A DNA stretch of 40,928 nucleotides from Chiloscyllium plagiosum. Lineage: Eukaryota. The stretch lies in the NCBI RefSeq assembly GCF_004010195.1, contig NC_057751.1:3551907-3592834 (forward strand), read 5' to 3'. Positions within the stretch are counted from its first letter, which is position 1. Every line of letters starts with the position of its first letter. The notes under the pieces are model-generated. The model saw nothing but the letters and a program-made list of their open reading frames with translations, made no database searches and had not been told where the DNA came from. A program made the translations under genes and the position numbers. Shown piece after piece: positions 11,640-23,949 of this stretch.

Positions 11640-14261
11640 TTAGTAGGCACACCCATTCGCCCACATATGACAGCAGGGCGCTTATTTGGTATCTCCTTTG
11701 ATCTGGGAGGTCCACCCCACCCCATATCCTGTGGAAGTTGCAACTTGGTAAATTTAATCAGGGGGCACCTACAGCACCAAATAAATTATCTAAGCCATCC
11801 CACAAACCTCCGCAGTACCTGTTTGGGTAACAACAACGGGAGCATCCTCATAGGATATAACAACCGAGGAAGAACATTCATTTTAATCAAGGCTTTACGG
11901 CCGAGCCATGATTTGGGCAGTTCTTCCCATTGCTGCAAGTCCTGCTTTATTCTCTCAAACAAATACACAGTTGCTGGAAGCGAGGGGTAATAAAAATTCC
12001 CAGATAGAGAAAACCTTTCTCTAAAAGGAAACTCCATTCTGTCCTCCAGCTTCAGTACTTCTACCAATCCCCCCTCAGGCATGACTTCTGACTTTGTGAA
12101 ATTTATCCTGCATCCCCAAAAGCTGCCAAGTAATTGAACCTTTTGTATTAGCCGGAGTACGGACTTTTTGGGGTTAGCCAAAAAAAGGACATCGTCCGCA
12201 TAGAGAGTGATTTTGTGTTCCTCAACTAAGACCTTTGGTGGCATTACCTCAGGGTCCTTTTGGATGGCTTCTGCCAACAGTTCAAGTACCAAGGTGTACA
12301 GCAGCGGTGACAGGGGACATCCTTGTCGACTGCCCCTCCCCACGCTAAAATTGTTCAATTTAACCCCATTTGTGATAACCGCTCCCATGGGGTCTTTATA
12401 TACGACTGCCACCCACCTGGCAAAGGCCAAAACGATCTGGAACAGCAAAGAGATACAACCATTCCACCTGCTCAAAAGCCTTTTCTGCATCCAGGGAGAC
12501 CACCAAACCTGGAATCATTCTCTGCTGACATATTTGCACTATATTCAATACCCGTCTGATATTGTTGGAGGAGCTGCAGCCCTTGGTAAAACATCTCGTC
12601 TCTTTTATAATAACGGACAGTACCTTCTCCAACCTCAGAGCAAACACCTTCGATAGGATTTTAAAATCCACATTCAACAATGAGATGGGTCTGGACATCT
12701 GGACGTCTCCGGATGATGCGCAATTCTCGGGGTCTTTCCCTTTTTTTAAAATAAGGAAGATATTAGCTTCCTGAAGAGAGGACGGAAGGCAGTCATGGCT
12801 ATACAAATGACGATACCTCATTAACAGTGGTCAGCTAACGTGTATGAACTCATTGTAAAATTCACTCAGGAATCTGTCTGGACCGGGTGCCTTACTACCT
12901 TGGAGCTTCCTTACAGCCTCTAGCACCTCCTGTACTGTCAGTGCTGCATTTAAAAGGGAGGCCTGATCTGTGTTTATACTATGGAGGTCCAAGTTTTCAA
13001 AAAAGGATTCCATTCTCCATCCCCACAGTCCTCTGACCGGTATAGTTCTGTATAGAACTCCCAGAATCTGGCAATGATCTTCCTCAGTTTGCGTGTGACA
13101 GTGCCAGTTCTCTCCCTGATAGACATAACGGACTGTGGAGCACTTTTCTTGCTTGCCAGGCAAGCTAGGCTTATCCCCATATTCAAACAGCCTTTGCTTT
13201 GCAAAGGAGTCCACTCTCTTGGTCACTTGTTTGAGTGCTGAGTCCAAAGCAGCCCAGAGAGCCATGACCCACTGAAACTTGACCATGGATGGTCTGGTAT
13301 AATATGCCGACTCAGCTGCCTTCAGCCGGGCCTCAAACATCTGCTGCTGCTGGTCTCCTCTCTCTGCCTCCTTCTCGTTGTCAAGTATGAAACAATTATA
13401 CTCCTTAAGAATGGTTTGGTGGTCTCCCAGGGCACTGATAGATTACTGGCCGTACCCCGATTATGTCCCAAAAAGCTCTGAACTCCCTTGTGATATACTG
13501 TACAAAGTTGTCATTCTTCAACCGAAATGGATCCATGCACCAGTGATGTGTGCCTACACCACTACCTTTGGTCTTAACATCCAAATATACTGCCGCATGG
13601 TCTGAAATAGTTATGCTCCCAATCCTGCAAGTCAACACCAAGTCCAAAAAAACTGACAGAACAAAGAACATATCAATTCTTGTGTGGCACTTGTGCAGAT
13701 TGAAGTCAAAGGTAAAATCTCTCCCACTAGGGTGGAGGCACCTCCACACATCCATTAGCTCCAACTCCTCACACAAGTCCATGAATTGTCTAGACTGCCG
13801 AGGTGTACCCGACAGCCCTCTTGGCATCCTGTCTGCCCCAAGGTCCATGAGACAATTAAAGTATCCTCCTATAATCACCCCAAGAGCCATTAAGTTAGAG
13901 ACTGCATCAACTAAAAATTTGAGATGATGCGCCGGATGTAAATGTTCAGGATGCCATACTCTTCTCCATGAGAATGACGAACCGTCCATACTCATCCTTG
14001 ATTTGACCTGTCACCTGAAATGGGAGGTTCTTTCATACCAGTATGGTCACTCCTCTGCTTTTGGTGTTAAAGGAGGAAAAGAACACCCCTATTGTATCCC
14101 CTGCTGTAAAGTGAGATGTTGCCCATCAGTCAAATGGTCTCTTGCAACAGCACAATGTCAACCCTTTCCTTCCTAAGATTTGAGATCACCTTTTACCTTT
14201 TAATGGGGGAATGGCTCCCCTTTATATTCCAGATGCACCACCTGAACAGATCGCTAGCCAT
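11640..14261 (-). pseudogene. L1 ORF2 (APE endonuclease plus reverse transcriptase), frameshifted
   Basis: ATG at 14261 (MASDLFRWCIWNIKG); endonuclease motifs GGYFN, TRIDMFF, ISDHAAV; RT motifs KAPGPD, RPISLLNVDFKILSK, SLDAEKAFEQVEW, RGSRQGCPLSPLLY, LYADD, GRKALIKMNVLPRLLY. Confidence 0.93.
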
Positions 14262-14824
14262 GACCACACACCACAGCCCGCAGTCCCCCAAGAGGAAGAA
14301 GCCCATTCAATGTGTGATGAGTGGAGAAAAAACAAACTTTATCAAATCTAAAGACTATTCCCACAAATGCTACCAAAACTACAAAAACTAATAAACTAAA
14401 ACACAAATCTCCAGAGATCTCCCTCCTTTCCCATCGGGGAATTCACTCCCAAACTCAGAACAATCCAAGCACCTTCCAGTAAAGGCCTTACCCCAAACCC
14501 AAGCAATGGAAAAAAAAACATATTACGTACACTCCTATAAGTTAACCATGGATGCCCACCCCTCCCCCTCCACATCTCAATCCCACATATCTTTACATCA
14601 AAAGGAGTAACCGCCCCACACCCAGCAAAACAGAACAATAGAATAACTAATAACCACCAAACAGACAGACTATAAAACATACCGGATTTTATACCAAAGC
14701 AATACCAAGCCTATCAGGCCTAAGACCCCAAAAGGGAAAAGAACAAAGAGAGGGAAGATAAAAAAAATTATACAATGCCATTATCCACCGCATATTTTCC
14801 TCCTTCTCCCTTGGTCAAAGTCTA

Positions 14825-15680
14825 TTACTTTAGCGAGTGCAAAAAGTCTTTTACTTTTTCCGCTGAGTCAAAGTTGCAGTCAGTTCCCCCTTAATTGAAG
14901 TGTAACACTGCCAGGTATCTCAGAGAATATTTAAAGCTTAAATCTCTTCATTTTTTTTCTTTACATCATCAAAGGTCTTCCTTTTCTTAATTATGGCCCC
15001 AGAAAATTCATGAGAAAACATTATCTTTGAATCTTTATAAGCCAAAGCCTGTGGATCTCCACGCAGTCTTCTGGATGTTTCTACAATTAATTGCTTTTCC
15101 TTGTAATGCTGGAGTCGCACTGGGACCAGGCGGGGGCACTGATTCGGCCCGGACCTGCGCATCTGGTGGGCCCGCTCCACATTCACCCACCTCAATCTCC
15201 AGCCCCAACAACTCCAGAAGCCACCTCTCGAGAAAATCAGCAAGGTTTTCACCTTCTCCACTCTCCAGTAAGCCCAAGATCCATAGACATTTTTCTCCAA
15301 CCTCAATTTTCAAGGTCGTCTACTTGTTCCTGCAGGGTCTGAACCTGGCCTTCCAAGGCACGGACCCGCACCTCGGAGCTCTCGGTTGCGGCCTCTAAAG
15401 CCATGGTCCTCTGTTCCACTGCTTTCCACATGCTGATCCAAAGTCCGGATCTCCTGCTCATGCTTTGTCAGCATGGCAGTAATTGGTTCCAGTGCTCCCT
15501 CGATTTTTTCACAGAGTTTTGTGAACTCCGTGAGTAAACGCTGCTGCTCCACTGAACTTAAGGGCGTCGCCATGGGAGTTGAGGTATCGGCTGCGGGTGT
15601 GCCTGACATAGTAGGGGAGTGGCCTGCCTGCAGTGCTCACTTTCCGTTGGATGTTTTCTTTTTAGCTTCAGATCTATGAA
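14825..15680 (-). pseudogene. L1 ORF1 (coiled coil plus RRM/CTD), frameshifted
   Basis: Coiled-coil-like LTKHEQEIRTLDQHVE, then WILGLLESGEG..LADFLERWLLELLGL, VERAH, PRLVPVRLQHYKEK, KIMFSHEFS..IIKKRKTFDDVKK, and FDSAEKVKDFLHSLK*. Confidence 0.88.
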
Positions 15681-15843
15681 ATCTTAATTTAAAAGGGCTG
15701 TCGGTATTATTCCACCTACATTACATTACAAGCTTTCCTCAGGGGTGGCTAATGGTGGGGGGGAGGTAGGACCCACCTTGCCTGGGGTATGGCACAGAGC
15801 CCAACACAGCAGATTGTTCAGACTGACGTGATATTGAATCTCC

Positions 15844-16012
15844 AGTCAGTTCTTCTTTAATGCAATGGTTGCGTTTAAATGATGGCACTCTAATCAAGTT
15901 ACAGTTAGCACACGTTTTAGAGGTTCACGCTGTAGAAACGCCGTTCTCAATTCATCAATCACATTACAGCAAGTTCGCATTGACAAAACGTGCGTGAAAG
16001 CAGAACAACCTG
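15844..16012. mobile_element. Short Tigger/pogo-like MITE whose left TIR was the L1 target
   Basis: Left end cagtcagttcttctttaatgca versus right-end reverse complement caggttgttctgctttcacgca; TA follows the right end (16013-16014). Confidence 0.55.
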
Positions 16013-16486
16013 TATCAAGAAAATAATTCGAACTGGAGGTTTCTCAGCCTCCCTGGTAATTCACAAATGACACATATTCCTCAAACAAACAAAAACAGAC
16101 ATTGTTAGAGAGACTCAGCAAGCCTAACAGCATCAATGAAGAGAAAACCGCGTGAAAGTTTTGAATTTAGTGACTTCAGAAGTGAACCTGTTTCCATTAT
16201 TTGCAGAGAACAGGTTCCTGTACATGAATGTATGTCACTTCTGGCATAAATGAGATACATTAAGAGCTTGACTAATCACACATTAGCATAGGTTTTAGCA
16301 TGCATTATTATTCAGCAAATGCTGTCGACTCACATTTAACAGTAGACATGGTTCAAAGTACTTCCTTTCCTCAATGTGTTTGTTCAGAAATTTGCAAATA
16401 GCTTCTCCACTGCTGTCTTTTTTAATTGGTCAAAAATTAAACGGTCAACATACACATTTGAATTTGTATTGCTTTATACATTATAA

Positions 16487-17741
16487 CATGTTTCATAAAC
16501 TTGATTGAGTTTTTTGAAGAAGTAACAAAGAGGATTGATGAGGGCAGAGCGGAAGATGTGACCTATCTGGACTTCAGTAAGGTGTTTGACAAGGTACCGC
16601 CTTGGGAGACTGGTTAGCAAGGGTAGATCTCATGGAATACAGGGAGAACTAGCCATTTGGATACAGAACTGGCTTAAAGGTAGAAGACAGAGGGTGGTGG
16701 TGGTGGAGGGTTGTTTCAGACTGGAGGCCTGTGACCAGTGGAGTGCCACAAGGATTGGTGCCAGGTGCACTACTTTCATCATTTATATAAATGATTTGGG
16801 TGTAAGCATAAAAGGTATAGTTGGTAAGTTTGCAGATGACACCAAAATTGGAGGTGGAGTGGACAGGGAAGAAGGTTACCTCGGATTACAATGGATCTTG
16901 ATCAGATGGGCCAATGGGCTGAGAAGTGGCAGATGGAGTTTAATTTAGATAAATGTAAGGTGTGAGGGAAAGCAAATCTTAGCAGGACTTATACACTTAA
17001 TGGTAAGGTCCAAGGGAGTGTTGCTGAACAAAGTGACCTTGGAGTGCAGGTTCATAGCTCCTTCTAAGTGGAGTCGCAGGTAGATAGCATAGTGAAGAAG
17101 GCATTTGGTATGCTTTCCTTTATTGGTCAGAGTATTGAGTACAGGAGTTGGGAGGTCATGTTGCGGGTGTACAGGACATTGGTTAGGCCATTGTTGGAAT
17201 ATTGTGTGCAATTCTGGTCTTCTTCCTATTGGAAAGATGTTGTAAAACTTGAAAGGATTCAGAAAAGATTTACAAGGATGTTGCTGAGGTTGGATAATTT
17301 GAGCTATAGGGAGAGGTTTAATAGGCTAGGGTAGTTTTCCCTGGAGTGTCGGAGGCTGAGTGTTGACCTTACAGAAGTTTATAAAATCATGAGGGGCATG
17401 GATAGGATAAATAGACAAAGTGTTGTCCCAGGGATGGGGGAGTCCAGAACTAGAGGTCACAGGTTTATGGTGAGAGGGGAAAGATATAAAAGAGACCTAA
17501 GGGGCAATATTTTCACAGAGAGGGTGGTACGTGTATGGAATGAGCTGTTAGAGGAAGTGGTGGAGGCTAGTACAACTGTAACATTTAAGAGGCAGCTGGA
17601 TGGGTATATGAATAGGAAGGGTTTGGAGGGATATGGGCCGGGTGCTGGCAGGTGGGACTAGATTGGGTTGGAATATCTGGTCGGCATGGACGAGTTGGAC
17701 CGAAGGGTCTGTTTCCGTGCTGTACATCTCTGTGACTCTAT
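16487..17741 (+). mobile_element. HER1-like CR1 LINE, 5'-truncated
   Basis: CR1 RT motifs NLIEFFEEVT, YLDFSK, KFADDTKIGG, YRTLVRPLLEYCVQFW, GHRFMVRGERYKRDLRGNIFTERVVRVWNEL; 3' tail gggtctgtttccgtgctgtacatctctgtgactcta. Confidence 0.93.
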
Positions 17742-18848
17742 AGCATGGTTTACCATCGATTCTGCTGAAAACCTCGAAACAGTTTTCAAATCTAGAGATT
17801 TCAAACAGTTCTCTCTTTGAGGATTCTAAGGTTTAATATAAATTCAACAGAGAGATGGAAGTTTACTTTGTCTTTGGTGCACTTCCCAACATATTGAAAA
17901 ATCAAACATAAGATATATCTCATGAAATTTTTAAGTCTCACGAGTCAATGAAGCTAATTAGAAGGAGATATGTAGGTAATGAAATGGCAAAGGCAGAATG
18001 CATTTTATGTGCTTTATTAAGTCTCCATGATGAAAAAGTTTGAAGACTGTTTCACCTTTCCAAGCAGTATTTTACTGACTACGATTCTAAACTGCAGAAG
18101 GAGACACAGGTTAAAAAGATGAGTGAAAATTACATTTCATCATGAGGATACAGAGAAGAGTAGTTCAGTATTTAACATAACAGCAGGGTCAAGAATAACA
18201 TGGCATTTTTGTTTGTCAACTTTGGTTGTTTTCTTAAAAATTAATTCAATCCACTGGATACTTCAAACCTCACCAGTCTGAATTTATGATCCAAGTCTTA
18301 AAACTTACAAAATAAATTAAGATCAATTGTTACTCAATATTCAAACTAGTTAGCAAACCTGGATGAGCTCATTATTATTTGTGGAAAATGTGACTTTCAA
18401 ATCACTTTCAAATCCTTCTTTGCTTAACAAAATCTATAAATTTTCATTATTGAATAGGCAAAAGATGCTGGAAGCACTCTGGTATCACCTTACAAGCCCC
18501 CATCATCTGATTGAGTCTGGAGACAAACCATCACAGAATTCTAGTACACTCAGGTGACTGCAGAAGTTAGGATTGAGGGAAGAAAAAGAACTAAAATGTG
18601 TGAATCTTGCCTTCAAATGGAGATATCTACAAGGTTATCAAATAAACAACAAAGTCAAGGGAATGGAAGAAATAAACCCAGACCACGACTTTAAATTGTC
18701 ACAAATTGGCACATGAAATTACCTTGAGATAGGATGGGCTGATACTTTCAAAAACAATCAGATGTTGCAATGGGAGATTGGGCAGTCTTTCACAGTTATG
18801 AACGAAAATGGAGTGAACCACCTTCCTCAGCAGAATTCTCTCACTCAC

Positions 18849-18863
18849 ATATCTTGCACAGTG
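18849..18863 (-). other. Candidate 15-nt microexon of an unidentified gene
   Basis: Minus strand catttgtttctgtactgttttcag|CACTGTGCAAGATAT|gtgagt: strong acceptor and donor, length divisible by 3, no stop in any frame. Confidence 0.3.
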
Positions 18864-18941
18864 CTGAAAACAGTACAGAAACAAATGGTACATAGACCAA
18901 CGAGTGAGGCATTGCCATGTGAACAGTGAAAACACAAGGAC

Positions 18942-20290
18942 TTACAGAATTGGCTGACTGAAAGAAGACAGCAAGTAGTAGTGAATGGAAAGTTTTCCGC
19001 CTGGAGGTTGGTAACCAGTGGTGTCCCACAAGGAATTGGGCCTCTGCTCTTTGTTGTTTTTATAAATTATTCGAATGAAGAAGTGAAAGAGTGGGTTAGT
19101 AAATTTGCATATGACACAAAGCTTGGTGGTGCTGGAGATCGTGTCGAGGACTGTTACAAGCTGCAACAAGACATCGACAGCTTGCAGAATTGGGCTGAGA
19201 AGTGGCAGATGGAGTTCAACCAGTCATGATGCCTCACAGCACCAGGGTCCCAGGTTCAATTCCAGCCTTGGGCAACTGTCTACGTGGAGTTTGCACATTT
19301 TCCCTGATTCTGCGTGGATTTCCTCCGGTTGCTCCGGTTTCCTCTCACAGTCTAAAGATGTGCAGGTCAGGTGAATTGGCCATGCTAAATTGCCCATTGT
19401 GTTCGCCACATTAGTCAGAGGGAAATGGGTCTGGGTGGGTTTCTCTTCAGAGGGTTGGTGTGGGCTTGTTGGGCCCAAGGGCCTGTTTCCACACTGTAGC
19501 TAATCTAGTCATCTCATCTAATCTAGTCTAGATAAATATGAAGTGATTCATTCTGGAAGGTCGAATTTGAATGCTGAATGAGGGTTAAAGACAGGATTCT
19601 TCACAGTGTGGAGGACAGCGGGACCTTGGTGTTCATGAACATAGATCCCTCAAAGTTGCCATCCAAGTTGATTGGGCTGTTAACAAGGCATATGGTGCTT
19701 TGGCTTTCATTAATGAGACGATTGAGTTTAAGAGCTGCGAGGTTTTGCTGCAGCTCTATAAAACCCTGGTTCGACCACGCTTGGAATATTGTGTCCAGTT
19801 CTGGTTGCCTCATTATAGGAAGGATGTAGATGCTTTAGAGAGGGTGCAGGGGAGATTTACCAGGATGTTGTCTGGATTGGAGGGTTTGTCTTATGAAGAG
19901 AGGTTGAGTGAGCTCGGGCTTTTCACACCAGAGAGAAGAAGGAAGAGAGATGATTTGATTGAGGTTTACAAGATAACGAGAGGCATAGATAGAGTAGGTA
20001 GGCAGACACTTTTCCCCAGGGCAGAAATGGCTGTCACGAGGGGTAATAATTTTAAGGTGATAGGAAGAAGGTATAGAGGATATGTCAGAGGTAAGTTCTT
20101 TATGCAGAGAGTGGTGGGTGCGTAGAATGCACTGCCAGTGGTTGTAGTAGAGTTTAAGTGACTGTTGGACAAGAGCATGGACTGCATTGAGGGGTGTGTA
20201 GATTCGGTTGGTCTTAGATCAAGGGAAATGCTTGACACAACATCGTGGGCTGAAGGGCCTGTACTGTGCTGTACTGTTCTATGTTCTATA
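18942..20290 (+). mobile_element. CR1 LINE (second subfamily, ctatgtt tail), 5'-truncated, interrupted by a SINE
   Basis: VTSGVPQG, SKFAYDTKLGG, LYKTLVRPRLEYCVQFW, KFFMQRVVGA; tail gggcctgtactgtgctgtactgttctatgttcta. Confidence 0.92.
19228..19530 (+). mobile_element. HE1-like SINE, slightly 5'-truncated
   Basis: B box ggttcaattcc, body shared with 27759 and 31389 copies, 3' gggcctgtttccacactgt and (ctaat)n-like tail. Confidence 0.9.
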
Positions 20291-21000
20291 TATATCCTTG
20301 TTGCATGGTCAAAGTATGACATACATTGCATAATCAAAGCCAAACAGAAAAAGAAAGAAACTGCTCGTCATTCCTCAAACTAATAATTTCTGGAGATACA
20401 ATGGGTAAATCAGATTTTATTACTCATCTTTACTGAACCTATTCATTTTTCCTGAACACACCCATGATATTTCAATTTCCTTATAATCCAATAAATCATC
20501 ATAACATTCTCGATGCACACCAATCAGAGTAAAATTAAACACTCAGAATTGAGCTTTGGACCAAAGTTGGCTGAAAACCTCATTAGACAACCAAACTTAG
20601 ATTACTGGGTTCCCTGATAACATTTAGACAATCAGCCTTCCCAGCCACATTATTCCTGATTGCTTTCTATATCTGTGATTTTTGAATCAATCTATTTTGC
20701 TTTCTTGATGCAAATAAGAAGAGTTAAAACAAAGCCATCTAGATACCATAGATTTTCCTGTTTGCATGATTGTCAATGGCATATTTTTAATTCTTGGACT
20801 TTAAGTTGCAACCAGAACACTGATAAGCGGTTATTTATTATAATGCTTGTTTTCGTGGAACCCGTGTATGCCAAACAAAATCAGCTTCTCATGTCTTGAT
20901 ATTACCCAAGCGAAAGCGGTTAAAGACTTTTTTCTATGGAAGGCGTTATGCAAAGCCGAAGTCTCTCCTTGAAAGCTTTCACAGCCAAGTCGTTCCTTCA

Positions 21001-21120
<120 letters not shown>

Positions 21121-21139
21121 TCAACACTGAATTAAACAG

Positions 21140-21311
21140 GGAGATAGTGAGGACTGCAGATGCTGGAGATCAGAGTCAAAATGTGTGGTGCTGGAAAAGC
21201 ACAGCTGGTCAGGCAGCATCCGAGGAGCAGGAGAGTTGACGATTTGAGCTTATGCTCTTCTTCAGGAATGTCTGCCTCACCGGCTGTGCTTTTCCAGCAC
21301 CACACTTTGTG
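21140..21311 (-). mobile_element. 172-bp PLE mini element: hammerhead terminus plus inverted partial copy, 16-bp TSD
   Basis: TSD acactgaattaaacag (21124-21139) / acactgaattgaacag (21312-21327); inverted arms gtggtgctggaaaagcacagctggtcaggcag and ctgcctcaccggctgtgcttttccagcaccac. Confidence 0.85.
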
Positions 21312-22744
21312 ACACTGAATTGAACAGCTCAAGTCAGCATCCAGGATCAGAATCCTTTTACCTGTGATCTGTTGCAGCACGCAAAAGATATCCAACTTCC
21401 CTGTATATATGGGAATGGGTATTTCGGAATGAGTAGAGTAAGGGATCTGTAAATTTGCTTGTCAGGTTTTTGTGGTATATTTGAAGGTGCTTAAGCTGTT
21501 AGTATATTACTATTATCAGATAGTTGTGAATGCAGGCATTGACTCACTCTGGATTTCAGAAAGCATTCAAAAAGAATATTTGTGACAACAGATGAAATTC
21601 TGCAATGTGATTCCCACCTTGTAATGATTTGCTTTGTCTCTATTCTTTACGATATATGCTGTGGAGAAATAACTATTCATGTTGATGATGGGAAGGTTTC
21701 CTCTGAAATTTGTGAAATTGCAGCAGATTCTTTCCATATACCTTTACAATCTTGCTACAAGTGACAAGACAATCAATTCTTAGCTTTTACGTTTCCATCC
21801 TTACGCTAATATTGATTATAAACACAAGGTGACAATTGGAATCCGCCTGATTATTGTTGCTCCAGCTGAGGGCCGTGAGTTAGTCTGATGGGTAAGGTGT
21901 GTGGGGAAGAGGCAGTCAGAAGGGGGCTGAACTGTAGTCAGCAGCAGTGCACATATTTCTCATGAAAGCAGAAAAGGCCCAGCCTCCTCCATAATCTTCA
22001 TTCCACATCAAGGGATAATTAATCAAATCAATAAGTGATCAAAGGGAGATGATCTTCAGCAGGTTTCTCTTCCTGCTCCCATACCATAATCCATGAAGTC
22101 ATCTTTGGTTTCCTTTTCTTCATATTTGTACACAAACAAGAGAGCAGCTGCTAGATGTACTTTGACAATACTAAGATTTCCCTCCCCACTAGGCTCTTGA
22201 TGTTTCTACTGCATCTCCAATATCCAAGATTAGATGAAACAGAATTTTTCAATTAAAGACAGAAAAATCTGAATCTGTAATTTTTGATCGACCACAAACT
22301 CCTAGCCTTGCTACTGATTTGATTCCTGAAAATGAACCAGGTTGTTCCATCCTGTATAACTCCGTTCATCTTATATTTTGCTTCATTTGAGTTCGAACTC
22401 AAGCCTCTACCCTGTCCCCTCCAAGGTCCTCTTCATTAACTATTCTGAGCATCAGTCCGCAAATGTCTCAAATTTAAATTCTTTATTTTCACAGCTTCAT
22501 CCAATTCTTTCTATGCAAGTTCTGCAGCCAGAGCTGTAACTTTCCCTGGTCTCTTAGCTGCACTGTCTTTGCCTTTTTGTCAATAGTTTAGACCATCACT
22601 GACAGTCAGAACTTTATTTGACAAGACCTCACACTCTACAGTTCTCCTTCCTGTAAATTCTGAGCCTCTCCATTACTCTGTTCTTTAGGATATTCCTTCA
22701 ACTAAAGCTTTAGGTCACTTCTCCAAAAATCTCCCTGTTTCCTT

Positions 22745-22873
22745 TCAAATCCAGTCTTGTCTGCTTCTGTTCTCATGTGGTGCTGTAGGACAGTTCTCTT
22801 TCTACTTTTTTACTTTTTAACAAATTACAGTTCTTATTAGGAATTCCTTCAAAGGTTGTGAGATAAGCACAGG
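22745..22873 (+). repeat. About 130-bp direct repeat, copy 1 (copy 2 at 24843-24973)
   Basis: tcaa..cc.gtct.gtctg.ttctgt...ggtgctgtaggac.gttctctttctacttttt...gttgtgagataagcacagg is present in both places. Confidence 0.92.
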
Positions 22874-23949
22874 TTTCCAGTGAACCAGATTTCTCCCCGT
22901 GTCTTTCTCGCATCCAAAATATCTGTTATGTGCAAGTGCACATGTTTTATTTAATTTCATTTTCAGAGAAGGATTTTGAGCTTACTGCTGTATCTTAGTG
23001 ACAATTAGCCTCAGTTTTATATTTCATAATGCAGGGATTAAATGATGAGCATCAGGATGCATCAGTTGCATTTCCAGCTTTTTCAGTCATGGGGCTTTCT
23101 GTTTGCGCTATCATTTAATTCACCTAAAATGCACAGTTTGCTTTGAAAGTAAACCTTCTCTCTGATGCCTAGTAACTTCTCCCTGCAGTCATTTACCAAC
23201 AGCCTGAATGATTTATTGCATTTCATAAATTTCTAAATGGGAGGAGTGCCACTCGTCATTTCAAGGAGATTTTTTTCAAGTAGGTGTCCATGTCATATTT
23301 TACTTTGTGCTTTTTATATGTGCCATTCTATACACCGCTCAACCTCAACCTAGTTTATAGCAATTTTTCACTTTTCATTCCAAAATCTGTCAATTAAATG
23401 TTGAGGTGAATTCTTTTCCTTCCTGTCTATTTTCTTTAAATAATTTTATCTTCGCTTTTGGTCTCCACAAAGGAGTCAGGAAAGCTGAGCAGTCAATCTG
23501 CTCTCAGATGTCTGCTGCCTTGGCCTCAGCTCACTTATAAAAGAAGTGCAAAACTGGCTAAGGTACAAATGCCTAGCCTCATGCTTCACCCCATTGGAGC
23601 CCAACAACGGGAGTGTGCTAATGTGGGTTTGCCATGAAGTATCCCACGACTTCACCTTGAAATAACCTTTTTTGGGGAAAAATTCTTTGTCTTTTGTCAC
23701 CTCACCAAATCAAATCAACATGAGCTTTCAATAAGGGATGAAAGTGTGAACATTGCTGCTCTCCAACAACCTGTTAATGCAACTGTATGGAATGCTGCAA
23801 AGCGAAGGCCATTCAGTTTCACTCACACCTTCCGGAAAGCAGCTTCCTTTGCGCACTCTTATTGATGTTGCAGATTTCGGTTTGGAAATTTATAAGAATA
23901 GAAGAAGAAAATCATTCTAAGTCTCCTTGGCACAATATCCTTTAATGTT

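Larger units (their letters stand above)
11323..15843 (-). mobile_element. L1-clade LINE with 5'UTR, ORF1, spacer, ORF2, 3'UTR and poly(A); decayed and internally deleted
   Basis: TSD agtcagtt (11315-11322, 15844-15851); T-run and tttatt (aataaa on minus) at the left end; ORF1 and ORF2 motifs listed below. Confidence 0.93.

Noticed and set aside
11667..14391. Plus-strand ORFs of 70-149 aa
   Set aside because: Antisense shadows of L1 ORF2.
23042..23165. Possible C/D box snoRNA (atgatga ... ctga)
   Set aside because: No terminal stem and no recognisable rRNA guide; the motifs are expected by chance.
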